DNA of 64,000 bases, from NCBI GenBank assembly GCA_001805445.1, contig MHGF01000036.1, positions 7,526 to 71,525 of the forward strand, read 5' to 3'. The notes under the pieces are model-generated. The model was given only the letters and a program-made list of their open reading frames with translations, ran no database searches and was not told where the DNA came from. Every line of letters starts with the position of its first letter. Position 1 is the first letter of the stretch. Positions 10,119 to 18,630 of the stretch are shown here, piece by piece. A program made the position numbers and the translations under genes. The DNA comes from Omnitrophica WOR_2 bacterium GWF2_43_52 (lineage in GTDB: Bacteria; Omnitrophota; Gorgyraeia; Gygaellales; UBA12090).

Positions 10119-10184
10119 GCTCAGTTTGGCTAGAGCGCTTGAATGGGGTTCAAGAGGTCGACGGTTCAAGTCCGTCCGCCCCGA
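10110..10184 (+). tRNA. tRNA-Pro(GGG)
   Basis: CGGGGCG/CGCCCCG acceptor stem, CTTGA-AT-GGG-GT-TCAAG anticodon arm, GGTTCAAGTCC T-arm. Confidence 0.95.
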
Positions 10185-10206
10185 CTACACTCTTTTAACG
10201 TTTACC

Positions 10207-10400
10207 CTATTACACCGTTAAATTAATTATTATTGGTTAACGGTGTAATAAAGGGGGTGTGGGGGAGACCGTCACCCACGATTGGGGAGTGCTCAGCGAT
10301 CCGCCGTAGGCGGAGAGCGCCGAAGGGGGGCTTGCTCCCCTAGCGGAAGTGCGGAGGCAAATTCCGCTTACCCATAAGAATTAATTTGACGGAGCGCTAT
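10207..10400. mobile_element. MITE-like element (family B), flanked by CTAT direct repeats
   Basis: Imperfect TIR TACACCGTTAAATTAATT / AATTAATTTGACGGAGCG; core nearly identical to 15361-15567; CTAT at 10207 and 10397. Confidence 0.75.
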
Positions 10401-10767
10401 GGCAGATAAAATTGATAAAAAATTGATCGTCGTAGGTGATCGGGTGCTGATTATCCCTGATGACGGCCAGAATCGCACCGATACAGGGTTATATCTACCG
10501 CAAGGAGTAAAAGAGAAGGAAAAGGTACAGAGTGGGACTATTGTCAAGATTGGCCCTGGGTATCCTGTGGTTGACCCTTCGGCGCTCGAGGTAGAGCCAT
10601 GGCAGGCGCCAAAGGTAGAGAATAGGTATTTCCCGCTTTTGGCAAAGGAAGGCGATTATTGTATTTTCTTAAGAAACGCCGGAGTAGAGATAGAATATGA
10701 GGGGAAAAAATATATCGTGGCTCCCCATTCCGCAATCCTTGTGCTTTTAAGAAATACGTTAGAATAG
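10399..10767 (+). CDS. groES: Co-chaperonin GroES family protein (no adjacent groEL)
   Basis: GDRVLI, TGLYLP..KEK..GTIVKIGPG, GVEIEYEGKKY. Confidence 0.8.
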   Translation: MADKIDKKLIVVGDRVLIIPDDGQNRTDTGLYLPQGVKEKEKVQSGTIVKIGPGYPVVDPSALEVEPWQAPKVENRYFPLLAKEGDYCIFLRNAGVEIEYEGKKYIVAPHSAILVLLRNTLE

Positions 10768-10908
10768 TTTTTTGTAATTGTAAGATAAATTGAGGCCAGC
10801 GCCATGGGTAGCCAAAAGCACCTTGGTAAAGAGATTGCGAAGCTAATGATAATTAATGTAAGCAAGAGCTAAAAAACATCCAGCTCTTCGGCAAAAGGGA
10901 GGACACGT

Positions 10909-11268
10909 ATGACAGTCTATACAGGGCCTGAGCGGAGGAAAAAACCTCGGATCGCGGGTAAATTTGTGGTTTCTTACCGTGTAAAAGTTGAGGTCAATAA
11001 CTATGATATTTCTCAGACACGTAATTTAAGCCTCGGGGGAATGTTACTTACCACCAATAGATTTTTTTCTCGAGGGACGGTTCTTGCCATTGATATCCGC
11101 CTGCCGTTTTTTATCGACGCGATAAAGCTTACGGGAATGGTAATAGAATCAAAGGAAGTGGTGAAAGACCTGATTTATGATACCCGTATCCAGTTCCTGG
11201 AAATAGACCCAAGGGCTGAAAGCATTGTGAATGATACGGTAGGATATTATTTAAGAACACAAAAATAA
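10909..11268 (+). CDS. Stand-alone PilZ domain protein
   Basis: ERRKKPR (RxxxR) and NLSLGG (D/NxSxxG) c-di-GMP motifs. Confidence 0.85.
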   Translation: MTVYTGPERRKKPRIAGKFVVSYRVKVEVNNYDISQTRNLSLGGMLLTTNRFFSRGTVLAIDIRLPFFIDAIKLTGMVIESKEVVKDLIYDTRIQFLEIDPRAESIVNDTVGYYLRTQK

Positions 11269-11280
11269 ATAAGGATACCT

Positions 11281-12576
11281 ATGATGGACAAAATTAATAT
11301 CGGGGTGATCGGCTTTGGTACCGTCGGAAGCGGAGTTATCCGCGCCTTACTGGCAAAACCACACTTTTTTGAGAAGAAAACAGGCGCACGGCTGGTAGTA
11401 AAAACTATTTGCGACAAAGATATCCGAACCAAGCGTGAGGTGAGTGTCGAAAAGAGTATCCTGACGACTGATGTCAACAGTATTCTACATGACGCTGACG
11501 TGTCTATTGTTGTTGAGCTTATCGGGGGGATACATCCGGCGAAAGAATTTATTTTAGAAGCATTGAGGCGCGGAAAGCATGTGGTTACCGCCAATAAAGC
11601 GCTCTTGGCAGAATGCGGGGAAGAAATTTTTCAGGCGGCGAAAAAAGCAAATGTGGATTTATATTTTGAGGCATCGGTGGGCGGAGGTATCCCAATTATT
11701 AAGGCGCTCAGGGAATCATTAGGAGGGAATCATATTGATACCCTCTTGGGGATTGTGAATGGAACATCGAATTATATCTTGACGTCTATGGATGAAGAGG
11801 GTTTGAGTTTTAATCAGGCGCTCATAGAAGCAAAAAAGAAAGGCTACGCGGAGAAGAATCCTGCCTTGGATATTAAGGGCATTGATTCGGCGCACAAACT
11901 GGCCATCTTGTCTTTACTGAGCTTTGGTAAAAGCATTGCCAGCAACGCGATCTATGTCGAAGGCATAGAAGATATTTCTTTGAGCGATATTCGTTATGCC
12001 CAGGATTTTGGCTATGTGATAAAACTTTTGGCAATCGCGAAAAATATCAACGGCCAGTTAGAGGCACGGGTTCATCCCACGCTTTTATCCAAGGAACATC
12101 TGCTTTCTAATGTCAAGGGTGTCTATAACGCGATTTATGTGCACGGGGATTTGGCGGGAGGCACATTGTTTTATGGCCGCGGCGCAGGCAGTAAGCCCGC
12201 GGCAAGTTCAGTCTTAGGTGATATTATAGATGTGGCGCGAAACATAAAACATAATTCCGTAAACCGGGTGCCTATCTATGTAGAAGATAAGACGATTAAG
12301 AAAGTCCGGGATATAGATGATATAGAAACCAGGTATTATCTGAGGCTCTCGGTTATCGATAAGCCCGGCGGGTTAGGAAAAATTGCCGCGATTTTAGGCC
12401 GGCACGGCATTTCTATTGCCTCAGTAGCGCAAAAAGAAAGAAAACAAGCAAAGATTGTCCCTGTTGTTATGATGACTCATGACGCAAAGGAAAGAAATAT
12501 GCGTTTGGCGTTAGAGGAAATCAGCAGGCTTGGCGGGATTAAGAAAAAAACTATAGCTATACGGGTTGAACGGTAA
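11281..12576 (+). CDS. hom: Homoserine dehydrogenase with ACT domain
   Basis: GFGTVG, VVTANK, FEASVGGGIP, NGTSNYIL, C-terminal DKPG ACT domain. Confidence 0.96.
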   Translation: MMDKINIGVIGFGTVGSGVIRALLAKPHFFEKKTGARLVVKTICDKDIRTKREVSVEKSILTTDVNSILHDADVSIVVELIGGIHPAKEFILEALRRGKHVVTANKALLAECGEEIFQAAKKANVDLYFEASVGGGIPIIKALRESLGGNHIDTLLGIVNGTSNYILTSMDEEGLSFNQALIEAKKKGYAEKNPALDIKGIDSAHKLAILSLLSFGKSIASNAIYVEGIEDISLSDIRYAQDFGYVIKLLAIAKNINGQLEARVHPTLLSKEHLLSNVKGVYNAIYVHGDLAGGTLFYGRGAGSKPAASSVLGDIIDVARNIKHNSVNRVPIYVEDKTIKKVRDIDDIETRYYLRLSVIDKPGGLGKIAAILGRHGISIASVAQKERKQAKIVPVVMMTHDAKERNMRLALEEISRLGGIKKKTIAIRVER

Positions 12577-13652
12577 TGGGCTATCGAGGCTTAATCGAGA
12601 CATTTAGGAGATTCCTGCCTGTTACTGAAAAAACGCCCGTGGTTAGCCTCTTGGAAGGCAATACGCCCTTAATGCCTTCAGGCTATCTAAACAGCATTGT
12701 GGGAACTGGCTTTGAGGTGTATTTTAAGTTTGAAGGGTTAAATCCTACCGGCTCATTTAAGGACCGAGGGATGACCCTGGCGGTTTCCAAAGCCAAAGAA
12801 GCAGGCGCGAAGATTATTATGTGCGCCTCAACAGGAAATACCTCTGCTTCAGCTGCTGCCTATGCCGCTAAAGCCGGGCTTGGCTGTGTGGTGTTGATTC
12901 CTGAGGGAGCTATTGCCTTGGGTAAGCTTGCCCAGGCGCTTATTCATGGAGCGAAGGTTTTGGCGCTCCAAGGAAATTTTGACGAAGCCTTAAGCATTGT
13001 TAAAGAAATTACTGCCCGGTATCCCATTGTCTTGGTCAATTCTTTAAATCCTCATCGTTTAGAAGGGCAAAAGACCGCTGCCTTTGAGATTTGTGATACG
13101 TTAGAAGGCGCGCCTGATTACCAATGTATTCCTGTCGGTAACGCGGGAAATATCACTGCCTACTGGAAAGGTTACCAGGAATACAAAAAACAAGGCTTGG
13201 TTTCGTCACTGCCGAAATTATTAGGATTCCAGGCCGCGGGAGCCGCTCCTATCGTTAATGGCCGTCCCATAAAAAAGCCAAAAACCATTGCTACGGCAAT
13301 CAGAATCGGTAATCCTGCAAGCTGGAAGCAGGCAGAGGCTGCCCGCGATGAATCCGGAGGGTTGATTGATTCTGTAACGGACAAAGAGATTGTTGATGCG
13401 TATAAACTTTTAGCATCAAAAGAGGGTATTTTTGTTGAGCCCGCGTCAGCCGCGTCAGTTGCCGGTTTACTGAAGTTGGCAAGAAAAGGATATTTTCACC
13501 GCACATCACAAATCACAAATCGCAAATTGAAAATTGTTTGTATTTTGACCGGCCACGGCCTGAAAGACCCTGACCGGGCAATTAAAATAGTCCATAAGCC
13601 AAAGATTATAAAGGCAGATTTAAAGGCTGTGTTACGGGAGATTGGGTATTAG
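12576..13652 (+). CDS. thrC: Threonine synthase
   Basis: NPTGSFKDRG PLP lysine, ASTGNT, PVGNAGN, EPASA, TGHGLKD. Confidence 0.96.
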   Translation: MGYRGLIETFRRFLPVTEKTPVVSLLEGNTPLMPSGYLNSIVGTGFEVYFKFEGLNPTGSFKDRGMTLAVSKAKEAGAKIIMCASTGNTSASAAAYAAKAGLGCVVLIPEGAIALGKLAQALIHGAKVLALQGNFDEALSIVKEITARYPIVLVNSLNPHRLEGQKTAAFEICDTLEGAPDYQCIPVGNAGNITAYWKGYQEYKKQGLVSSLPKLLGFQAAGAAPIVNGRPIKKPKTIATAIRIGNPASWKQAEAARDESGGLIDSVTDKEIVDAYKLLASKEGIFVEPASAASVAGLLKLARKGYFHRTSQITNRKLKIVCILTGHGLKDPDRAIKIVHKPKIIKADLKAVLREIGY

Positions 13653-13723
13653 CAGCTGTCAGCTTTCGGCTGTCAGCTATCAGCTTTGAGCTGAAAGCCG
13701 GATGCTGATAGCTGAAGGCTGAA
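13653..13723. repeat. Heptamer inverted array (CAGCTnT x5 / nGCTGAn x5)
   Basis: CAGCTGT CAGCTTT CGGCTGT CAGCTAT CAGCTTT then AGCTGAA AGCCGGA TGCTGAT AGCTGAA GGCTGAA. Confidence 0.85.
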
Positions 13724-13726
13724 AAA

Positions 13727-14368
13727 ATGAATTTAAGAAATAAGCGAATTTTGATTACTGCCGGGCCTACGTGGGTTGCTATAGACAGCATGCGGATAAT
13801 TTCTAATAGCGCAACCGGTACGACCGGCATTTTGTTAGCCCGTGATTTAGCCCGTAAGGGTGCTAAAGTAACGCTTGTTTTGGGCCCTGTCTGCGGTGGC
13901 AGCGGGTATCAGTTGCCTAACATTAGGATAGTGAGGTTTAGTTTTTTTCATGAATTAAAACATGCCCTTATCCAAGAGTTACGTTGGCAAGCCTATGATG
14001 TGGTTATCCATTCTGCCGCGGTTTCAGATTTCGCGCCAGCCCACCATATCAGGGGAAAATTAAAATCCGATAGGCCGCATACTTTAAGGCTTAAGGTGCT
14101 GCCAAAACTTATTGCTACGATACAAAGGGTTTCTCCTCAATCGGCCTTGGTAATATTTAAATTGGAATCGGGGATATCTGACCTTGAACTCATACGGCGC
14201 GCGAGAAGGGCACTCTCAGATCAAGGCGCGGATATCATTGTGGCAAATAAAATAAAGCCAAAGTATCGGGCTTACCTGCTTGATAAAGAAAAAATATACG
14301 CGAAGGTTGATGCTAAAGAAACGTTAGTCAAGTCTCTTATTACTCTCATAGGTGATATATGGAATTAA
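13727..14368 (+). CDS. coaB: Phosphopantothenate-cysteine ligase (stand-alone CoaB domain)
   Basis: ILITAGPT..ID.MR.ISN..TG..G, HSAAVSDF, FKLE, IVAN; no CoaC flavoprotein domain. Confidence 0.85.
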   Translation: MNLRNKRILITAGPTWVAIDSMRIISNSATGTTGILLARDLARKGAKVTLVLGPVCGGSGYQLPNIRIVRFSFFHELKHALIQELRWQAYDVVIHSAAVSDFAPAHHIRGKLKSDRPHTLRLKVLPKLIATIQRVSPQSALVIFKLESGISDLELIRRARRALSDQGADIIVANKIKPKYRAYLLDKEKIYAKVDAKETLVKSLITLIGDIWN

Positions 14369-15090
14369 CGCAGGTAAACGCGGCTTTTAGGAAAGTGCTC
14401 CAGGATTTTACCGTATTGCTTAGAGTGAAGCTTCCGGAAAATTTAAAGGTAGTCATGCTCTATGGGAGCGCGGTAGGTGGTGATTATTCAAAGAAACATT
14501 CGGATATTAATATTTTGTTGATTGTTGAGCAGCTTGATACAGCGACGCTTAAAAGTATTGGTATTCTTAAACGACGGCGCGGCTTTGGCGCCATTGCGCC
14601 ATTGGTATTATCTAAAAAAGATATGGAAACATCAGTCGATACCTTCCCGATAGAGTTTTTAGATATAAAAGAAAACCATATTCTTATATGGGGAGAAGAT
14701 TATAGTAAAGATTTGGTTATTAATCTTACGCACTTAAGGCATCAGTGCGAAGTGGAACTCAAATCAAAGCTCATTCAGGCGCAGCAGGCCTATAGCGCGG
14801 CATGTACTGATAAACGCGCGCTTGAAAACTTTTTGGTTAAAAATTTACCGGCCTTTATTATTGTTTTTAAGAATATTTTGCGCCTTAAGGGGATTTCGGA
14901 AGACGCGAAGGATAAAATTCTTGAACGGATTGCTCTTGAGTTTGGTTTATCAGCGGCTCTTTTCAGGCAGCTATGGCAGCTACGCCAGGAAACGGTAAAA
15001 AGAGCTGAGGCTGGCGACATCTTTGAGAGGTTCTTGGAAGCTTTGTGGCAGCTTTCCGATAAGGTTGATGCCTTTATGGTAAAGGGATAG
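14359..15090 (+). CDS. Nucleotidyltransferase-domain protein of the TPM/LemA cluster
   Basis: LYGSAV.G......SDIN, DTFPIEFLDI, LRHQCEVELK. Confidence 0.7.
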   Translation: MELTQVNAAFRKVLQDFTVLLRVKLPENLKVVMLYGSAVGGDYSKKHSDINILLIVEQLDTATLKSIGILKRRRGFGAIAPLVLSKKDMETSVDTFPIEFLDIKENHILIWGEDYSKDLVINLTHLRHQCEVELKSKLIQAQQAYSAACTDKRALENFLVKNLPAFIIVFKNILRLKGISEDAKDKILERIALEFGLSAALFRQLWQLRQETVKRAEAGDIFERFLEALWQLSDKVDAFMVKG

Positions 15091-15093
15091 TTA

Positions 15094-15360
15094 CTAGTGC
15101 GCTGTGACATTAGATTTTGACATTGCGCTATCATGTTTGAATATAGGGCGGAGGTCCTGTCAAGGTTATGTTTTCGCGGGGACGTTCGGCCTGCTCCTGC
15201 GGCAGACCTCACTCGGCGTAAATTTTCGCGCCCGCCACTAAAAGCGAGAGCGGGTCCAAGCCGCGAAAATTTCCGTACGCCCCGCTCAAACACAACCTTG
15301 CCACCCCCGCTGGCAAGTGAAGTGTTGCAGATAGCATGAATTTATGTCACGGAGCACTAG
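15094..15360. mobile_element. MITE-like element (family A) with CTAG flanks
   Basis: CTAGTGCGCTGTGACAT ... ATGTCACGGAGCACTAG inverted ends; internal inverted segments such as CAAGGTTATGTTT/AAACACAACCTTG. Confidence 0.7.
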
Positions 15361-15571
15361 TACACTGTGAAATTAATTTTCAATAATTGACAGTGTAGTA
15401 AAAGGGGTGTGGGGGAGACCGTCCCCCACGCTTGGGGGGGTGCTCAGCGATCCGCCGTAGGCGGAGAGCGCCGAAGGGGGCTTGCCCCCCTAGCGCCTGC
15501 CTGCCTGCCGGCAGGGAAGTGCGCCCTCAAACCACCGTATATTATCAATAATTAAGTTCACAGCGCACTAG
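15357..15571. mobile_element. MITE-like element (family B), second copy, CTAG flanks
   Basis: CTAGTACACTGTGAAATTAATT ... AATTAAGTTCACAGCGCACTAG; shares GGGGTGTGGGGGAGACCGTC..GCTCAGCGATCCGCCGTAGGCGGAGAGCGCCGAAGGGGG with the copy at 10207-10400. Confidence 0.8.
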
Positions 15572-15573
15572 TT

Positions 15574-16473
15574 ATGCTCAAGCACACAGCGATATGGTTG
15601 TTAGGTGTTATAGGTACTATAGCTTTATCGCCACAGGCCGTTGGCGATACTATCCCCCAGCCGGCAGGGTGGGTAAATGATTTTTCCAATTGCATCAGCG
15701 ATGAGTATAGGCAGAAGATTACTGAATTGATCACTGAAGTAGAGCTTAAGACTTCATCTGAAATAGCTGTAGTCACAGTCGCTTCAATGGCTCCTTATGA
15801 TGAGGCAGGCTACGCGCGATTGCTCTTTGATAGGTGGAAACCGGGTAAGAAAGGCAAAGATAACGGGGTTTTGGTATTATTGGCGATAAAGGAAAGGGCT
15901 TGGCGTATTGAAACCGGTTATGGTATGGAAGAGCTTTTGCCTGATGGGGTATGTGGTGAGATAGGCAGAGACTATATGGTGCCTTCTTTTAAGGAGGGTT
16001 TATACGGCAAGGGGCTTTATTACGGAGTCCTCGCGATAGCAGGGGCCATTGTGAAAAATTCAGGCGGCACTTTGGAGCATGCAGAAAGGCTCCCTCCTAA
16101 GAAAAGCGTTGATGCGCCGTTATTTCTATATTTTTTTGCCTTTATATTTTTTGCCATCTGGAATTTACCCTGGCCGATTTTTATAGGGTTGCCATTTACC
16201 GCATTCTTTGCCCTGTGTTTCTATCAAGTGTCCCCATGGGTGAGCTTATTGATTATTGCAGGATATTGCGTTTCTCTGATTATTAGATACAGGTATTGGT
16301 CAGAGCAATCACCTAAAAGGCGAAGAAGTTTTTTCGGGCCGCAGGATTATGGTGGAAGAGTGACAAGCGGAGGATGGGGAGGTGGATACAGCGGTGGTTT
16401 TGGCGGAGGGGGGAGTTTCGGTGGCTTTGGCGGCGGTGGCGGCGGTGGCGGCGGAGCCGGGGGCAGGTTCTAA
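15574..16473 (+). CDS. TPM domain (YgcG-like) membrane protein
   Basis: GWVND, EIAVVTV, GKKGKDNGVL, RIETGYGME, Gly-rich tail. Confidence 0.9.
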   Translation: MLKHTAIWLLGVIGTIALSPQAVGDTIPQPAGWVNDFSNCISDEYRQKITELITEVELKTSSEIAVVTVASMAPYDEAGYARLLFDRWKPGKKGKDNGVLVLLAIKERAWRIETGYGMEELLPDGVCGEIGRDYMVPSFKEGLYGKGLYYGVLAIAGAIVKNSGGTLEHAERLPPKKSVDAPLFLYFFAFIFFAIWNLPWPIFIGLPFTAFFALCFYQVSPWVSLLIIAGYCVSLIIRYRYWSEQSPKRRRSFFGPQDYGGRVTSGGWGGGYSGGFGGGGSFGGFGGGGGGGGGAGGRF

Positions 16474-16492
16474 ATAGAGCTCAAAGCGTTCT

Positions 16493-16688
16493 CTAGTACA
16501 CCGTTATATTAATTATTGCCTGCCTGCCACGGGCAGGGATATCAGGGTATCAGGGAATTGGGATTTGGGGATCGGGCAATCGAAGGATTAGGGAAAAACC
16601 GATATTTTGTTCCCAATATCCTGATATCCTAATCACCAAATCCTAATCTCCCGATCACCTAATCTCCGCATTTAACATGGTTAATTAC
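16493..16688. repeat. Composite: family-B left end + CCTGCC palindrome + ATCAGG-family element copy 2
   Basis: CTAGTACACCGTTATATTAATTATT (16493-16517), CCTGCCTGCCACGGGCAGG (16519-16537), then GGATATCAGGG..CCGCATTTAACATGGTTA. Confidence 0.75.
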
Positions 16689-16713
16689 ATATATTATACG
16701 AGGAGGTTTTAAG

Positions 16714-17271
16714 ATGAAGAATTTTTTTATCGGTTTGTTGATTATCGTGGTTATCATAGGAGTGGGTTTTATCGGTATTTATAATACCTTAGTTTCAAAG
16801 AGTGAAAATGTCAAGGCTTCCTGGGCGCAAGTAGAGAATGTGTTGCAGAGAAGAGCGGATTTAATTCCGAATCTGGTAAATACGGTAAAAGGATATGCCG
16901 CCCATGAAAAGACGGTGTTTGAAGAAATAACCAAGGCGCGTTCTGCCTGGGCAAATGCCCCAACACAGGATGATAAAATTAAAGCGGCATCTTCTATGGA
17001 TTCGGCAATTTCCCGGCTTTTGATCGTCGCTGAGAATTATCCTACGTTAAAAGCAGACGGCACCTTTTTAAGGCTTCAGGATGAATTAGCAGGCACAGAA
17101 AACAGGATTTCTGTGGAGAGAATGCGTTATAATGAAGCCGTGCGCGGCTACGCTGTCCTTTTGAAGAGTTTTCCGTCTAATCTGCTTGCGCATTGGTTTG
17201 GGTTTACGCAATTCTCAGAATATTTCAAGGCTGAGGAAAAGGCAAGGGTAGTGCCAGAGGTGAAGTTTTAA
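16714..17271 (+). CDS. lemA: LemA family protein
   Basis: QRRADLIPNLV.TVKGYAAHE, ENYP.LKA, LAGTENRI..R.RYN, FPSN. Confidence 0.95.
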   Translation: MKNFFIGLLIIVVIIGVGFIGIYNTLVSKSENVKASWAQVENVLQRRADLIPNLVNTVKGYAAHEKTVFEEITKARSAWANAPTQDDKIKAASSMDSAISRLLIVAENYPTLKADGTFLRLQDELAGTENRISVERMRYNEAVRGYAVLLKSFPSNLLAHWFGFTQFSEYFKAEEKARVVPEVKF

Positions 17272-17274
17272 ACA

Positions 17275-17391
17275 ATCCCTCGCGTAGACGCTTGAAAATT
17301 TCTTTCGAAATTTTCTTCGCACGCTTCGGGATAAATTCGGCCGGATACCTTACGTTCGCTGCCTTACTTCGTAAGGCGCTCCGTAAGGTAT
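17275..17391. repeat. Two nested palindromic (REP-like) elements
   Basis: ATCCC..GAAAATTTC-TTTC-GAAATTTTC..GGGAT and ATACCTTACG..GCCTTAC-TTC-GTAAGGC..CGTAAGGTAT. Confidence 0.7.
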
Positions 17392-17401
17392 GGCCTCATT
17401 T

Positions 17402-18595
17402 ATGAAATACATTATCTTAGTCGGTGACGGGATGTGTGATTATCCTCTCGCGGAGCTGGGCAATAAAACGCCGCTTGAATATGCCAAAACTCCGCATATG
17501 GATTTTCTGGCTAAAAATGGCAAGATTGGCCTGGCTAAAACTATTCCCGAAGGGATGTCCGCGGCTTCTGATGTTGCTAATTTGGGCATCTTTGGCTATG
17601 ACCCCAAGGTTTACTATTGCGGCAGAGGGCCGCTTGAGGCAGCGAACTTGGGGATAGCGCTAAAGCCTGATGAGGTAGCTTTTCGCTGTAATTTGATTAC
17701 CGCATCTGATGATGTCTTGATTGACTATAGCGCCGGCCATATCTCAACCAAAGAGGCGGGCGTGTTGATAAAGTTTTTAGACCAGAAACTTGGCTCATCA
17801 GAGGTGCGGTTTTATCCCGGGGTAAGTTACCGGCATTTGGCAATTATAAAGAATAAAGCCTTGCAAGCGCGCTGCGTGCCTCCCCACGATATTACCGGAA
17901 GGGAATTTAAAAAATACCTGCCGCATGGCGAGGATGCCCAGTTTCTGATTCTTTTAATGCAGGAAGCGCGTAAGCTTTTGCTTGAACATGAAATAAACCA
18001 GGTGCGCCTTGACTTAAAAGAAAACCCCGCGAATATGATGTGGCTCTGGGGGCAAGGGAAAAAGCCGGCAATTGTTCCTTTTAAGGATAAATATGGGATT
18101 AGAGGTTCAGTAATCTCAGCGGTTGATTTGATTAATGGCATTGGCAGGCTTGCCGGTTTAGAGGTGATTAAGGTTGAAGGCGCTACAGGCTATTATGATA
18201 CCAATTATAAAGGTAAGGCAGAGGCAGCGCTTGCCTCGTTAAAAAATAAGGATTTTGTCTACGTGCATGTTGAGGCCGCGGATGAGGCATCCCACAACGG
18301 CCACCTTCAGGAAAAGCTTTTAGCAATTGAAAGGTTTGACCAGTCTGTGGTGGGAACCATTATGGAAGGTTTGAAAGGCAGAGAGGATTTTCGGATCCTG
18401 CTGATGCCTGACCATGCCACCCCGTTATCGCTGCGCACGCATACCGCAGATAGCGTATGTTTTGCGGTGTACGGAAAAGGAATTAGCGCATCCGGCGCGG
18501 AAGGTTTTAATGAGATAGAAGCAAAAAAGAGTGGTATAGCCTTAGATAAGGCCTTTGTGCTTATGGATAGGTTGATTAAGGAAGAAGAGATATAA
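17402..18595 (+). CDS. apgM: Cofactor-independent phosphoglycerate mutase family (ApgM; thr-operon 'proposed homoserine kinase' subgroup)
   Basis: DGMCD, KTPLE.A.TP.MD, SDVAN, GRGPLEA, PPHD, HVEA.DE..H, PDH.TP...RTH. Confidence 0.88.
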   Translation: MKYIILVGDGMCDYPLAELGNKTPLEYAKTPHMDFLAKNGKIGLAKTIPEGMSAASDVANLGIFGYDPKVYYCGRGPLEAANLGIALKPDEVAFRCNLITASDDVLIDYSAGHISTKEAGVLIKFLDQKLGSSEVRFYPGVSYRHLAIIKNKALQARCVPPHDITGREFKKYLPHGEDAQFLILLMQEARKLLLEHEINQVRLDLKENPANMMWLWGQGKKPAIVPFKDKYGIRGSVISAVDLINGIGRLAGLEVIKVEGATGYYDTNYKGKAEAALASLKNKDFVYVHVEAADEASHNGHLQEKLLAIERFDQSVVGTIMEGLKGREDFRILLMPDHATPLSLRTHTADSVCFAVYGKGISASGAEGFNEIEAKKSGIALDKAFVLMDRLIKEEEI

Positions 18596-18630
18596 GAGTA
18601 CAAAGTAAGCCGATAGATAGTGAAAAGTTG

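Noticed and set aside
10790-10900. c-di-GMP riboswitch upstream of the PilZ gene
   Set aside because: Could not match the GGCAAA..GNRA..CGCAAAGC consensus; would need an Infernal scan
13897-13930. Repeat-derived insert in coaB (GGSGYQLPNIR)
   Set aside because: Periodicity too weak to support
14790-15339. ORFs 14790-15293(-) and 15133-15339(+) as a transposase for element A
   Set aside because: No DDE/HUH motifs; they arise from GC-rich palindromic DNA
16350-16470. GGC/GGT repeats at the end of the TPM gene
   Set aside because: Ordinary Gly-rich tail typical of YgcG/TPM proteins
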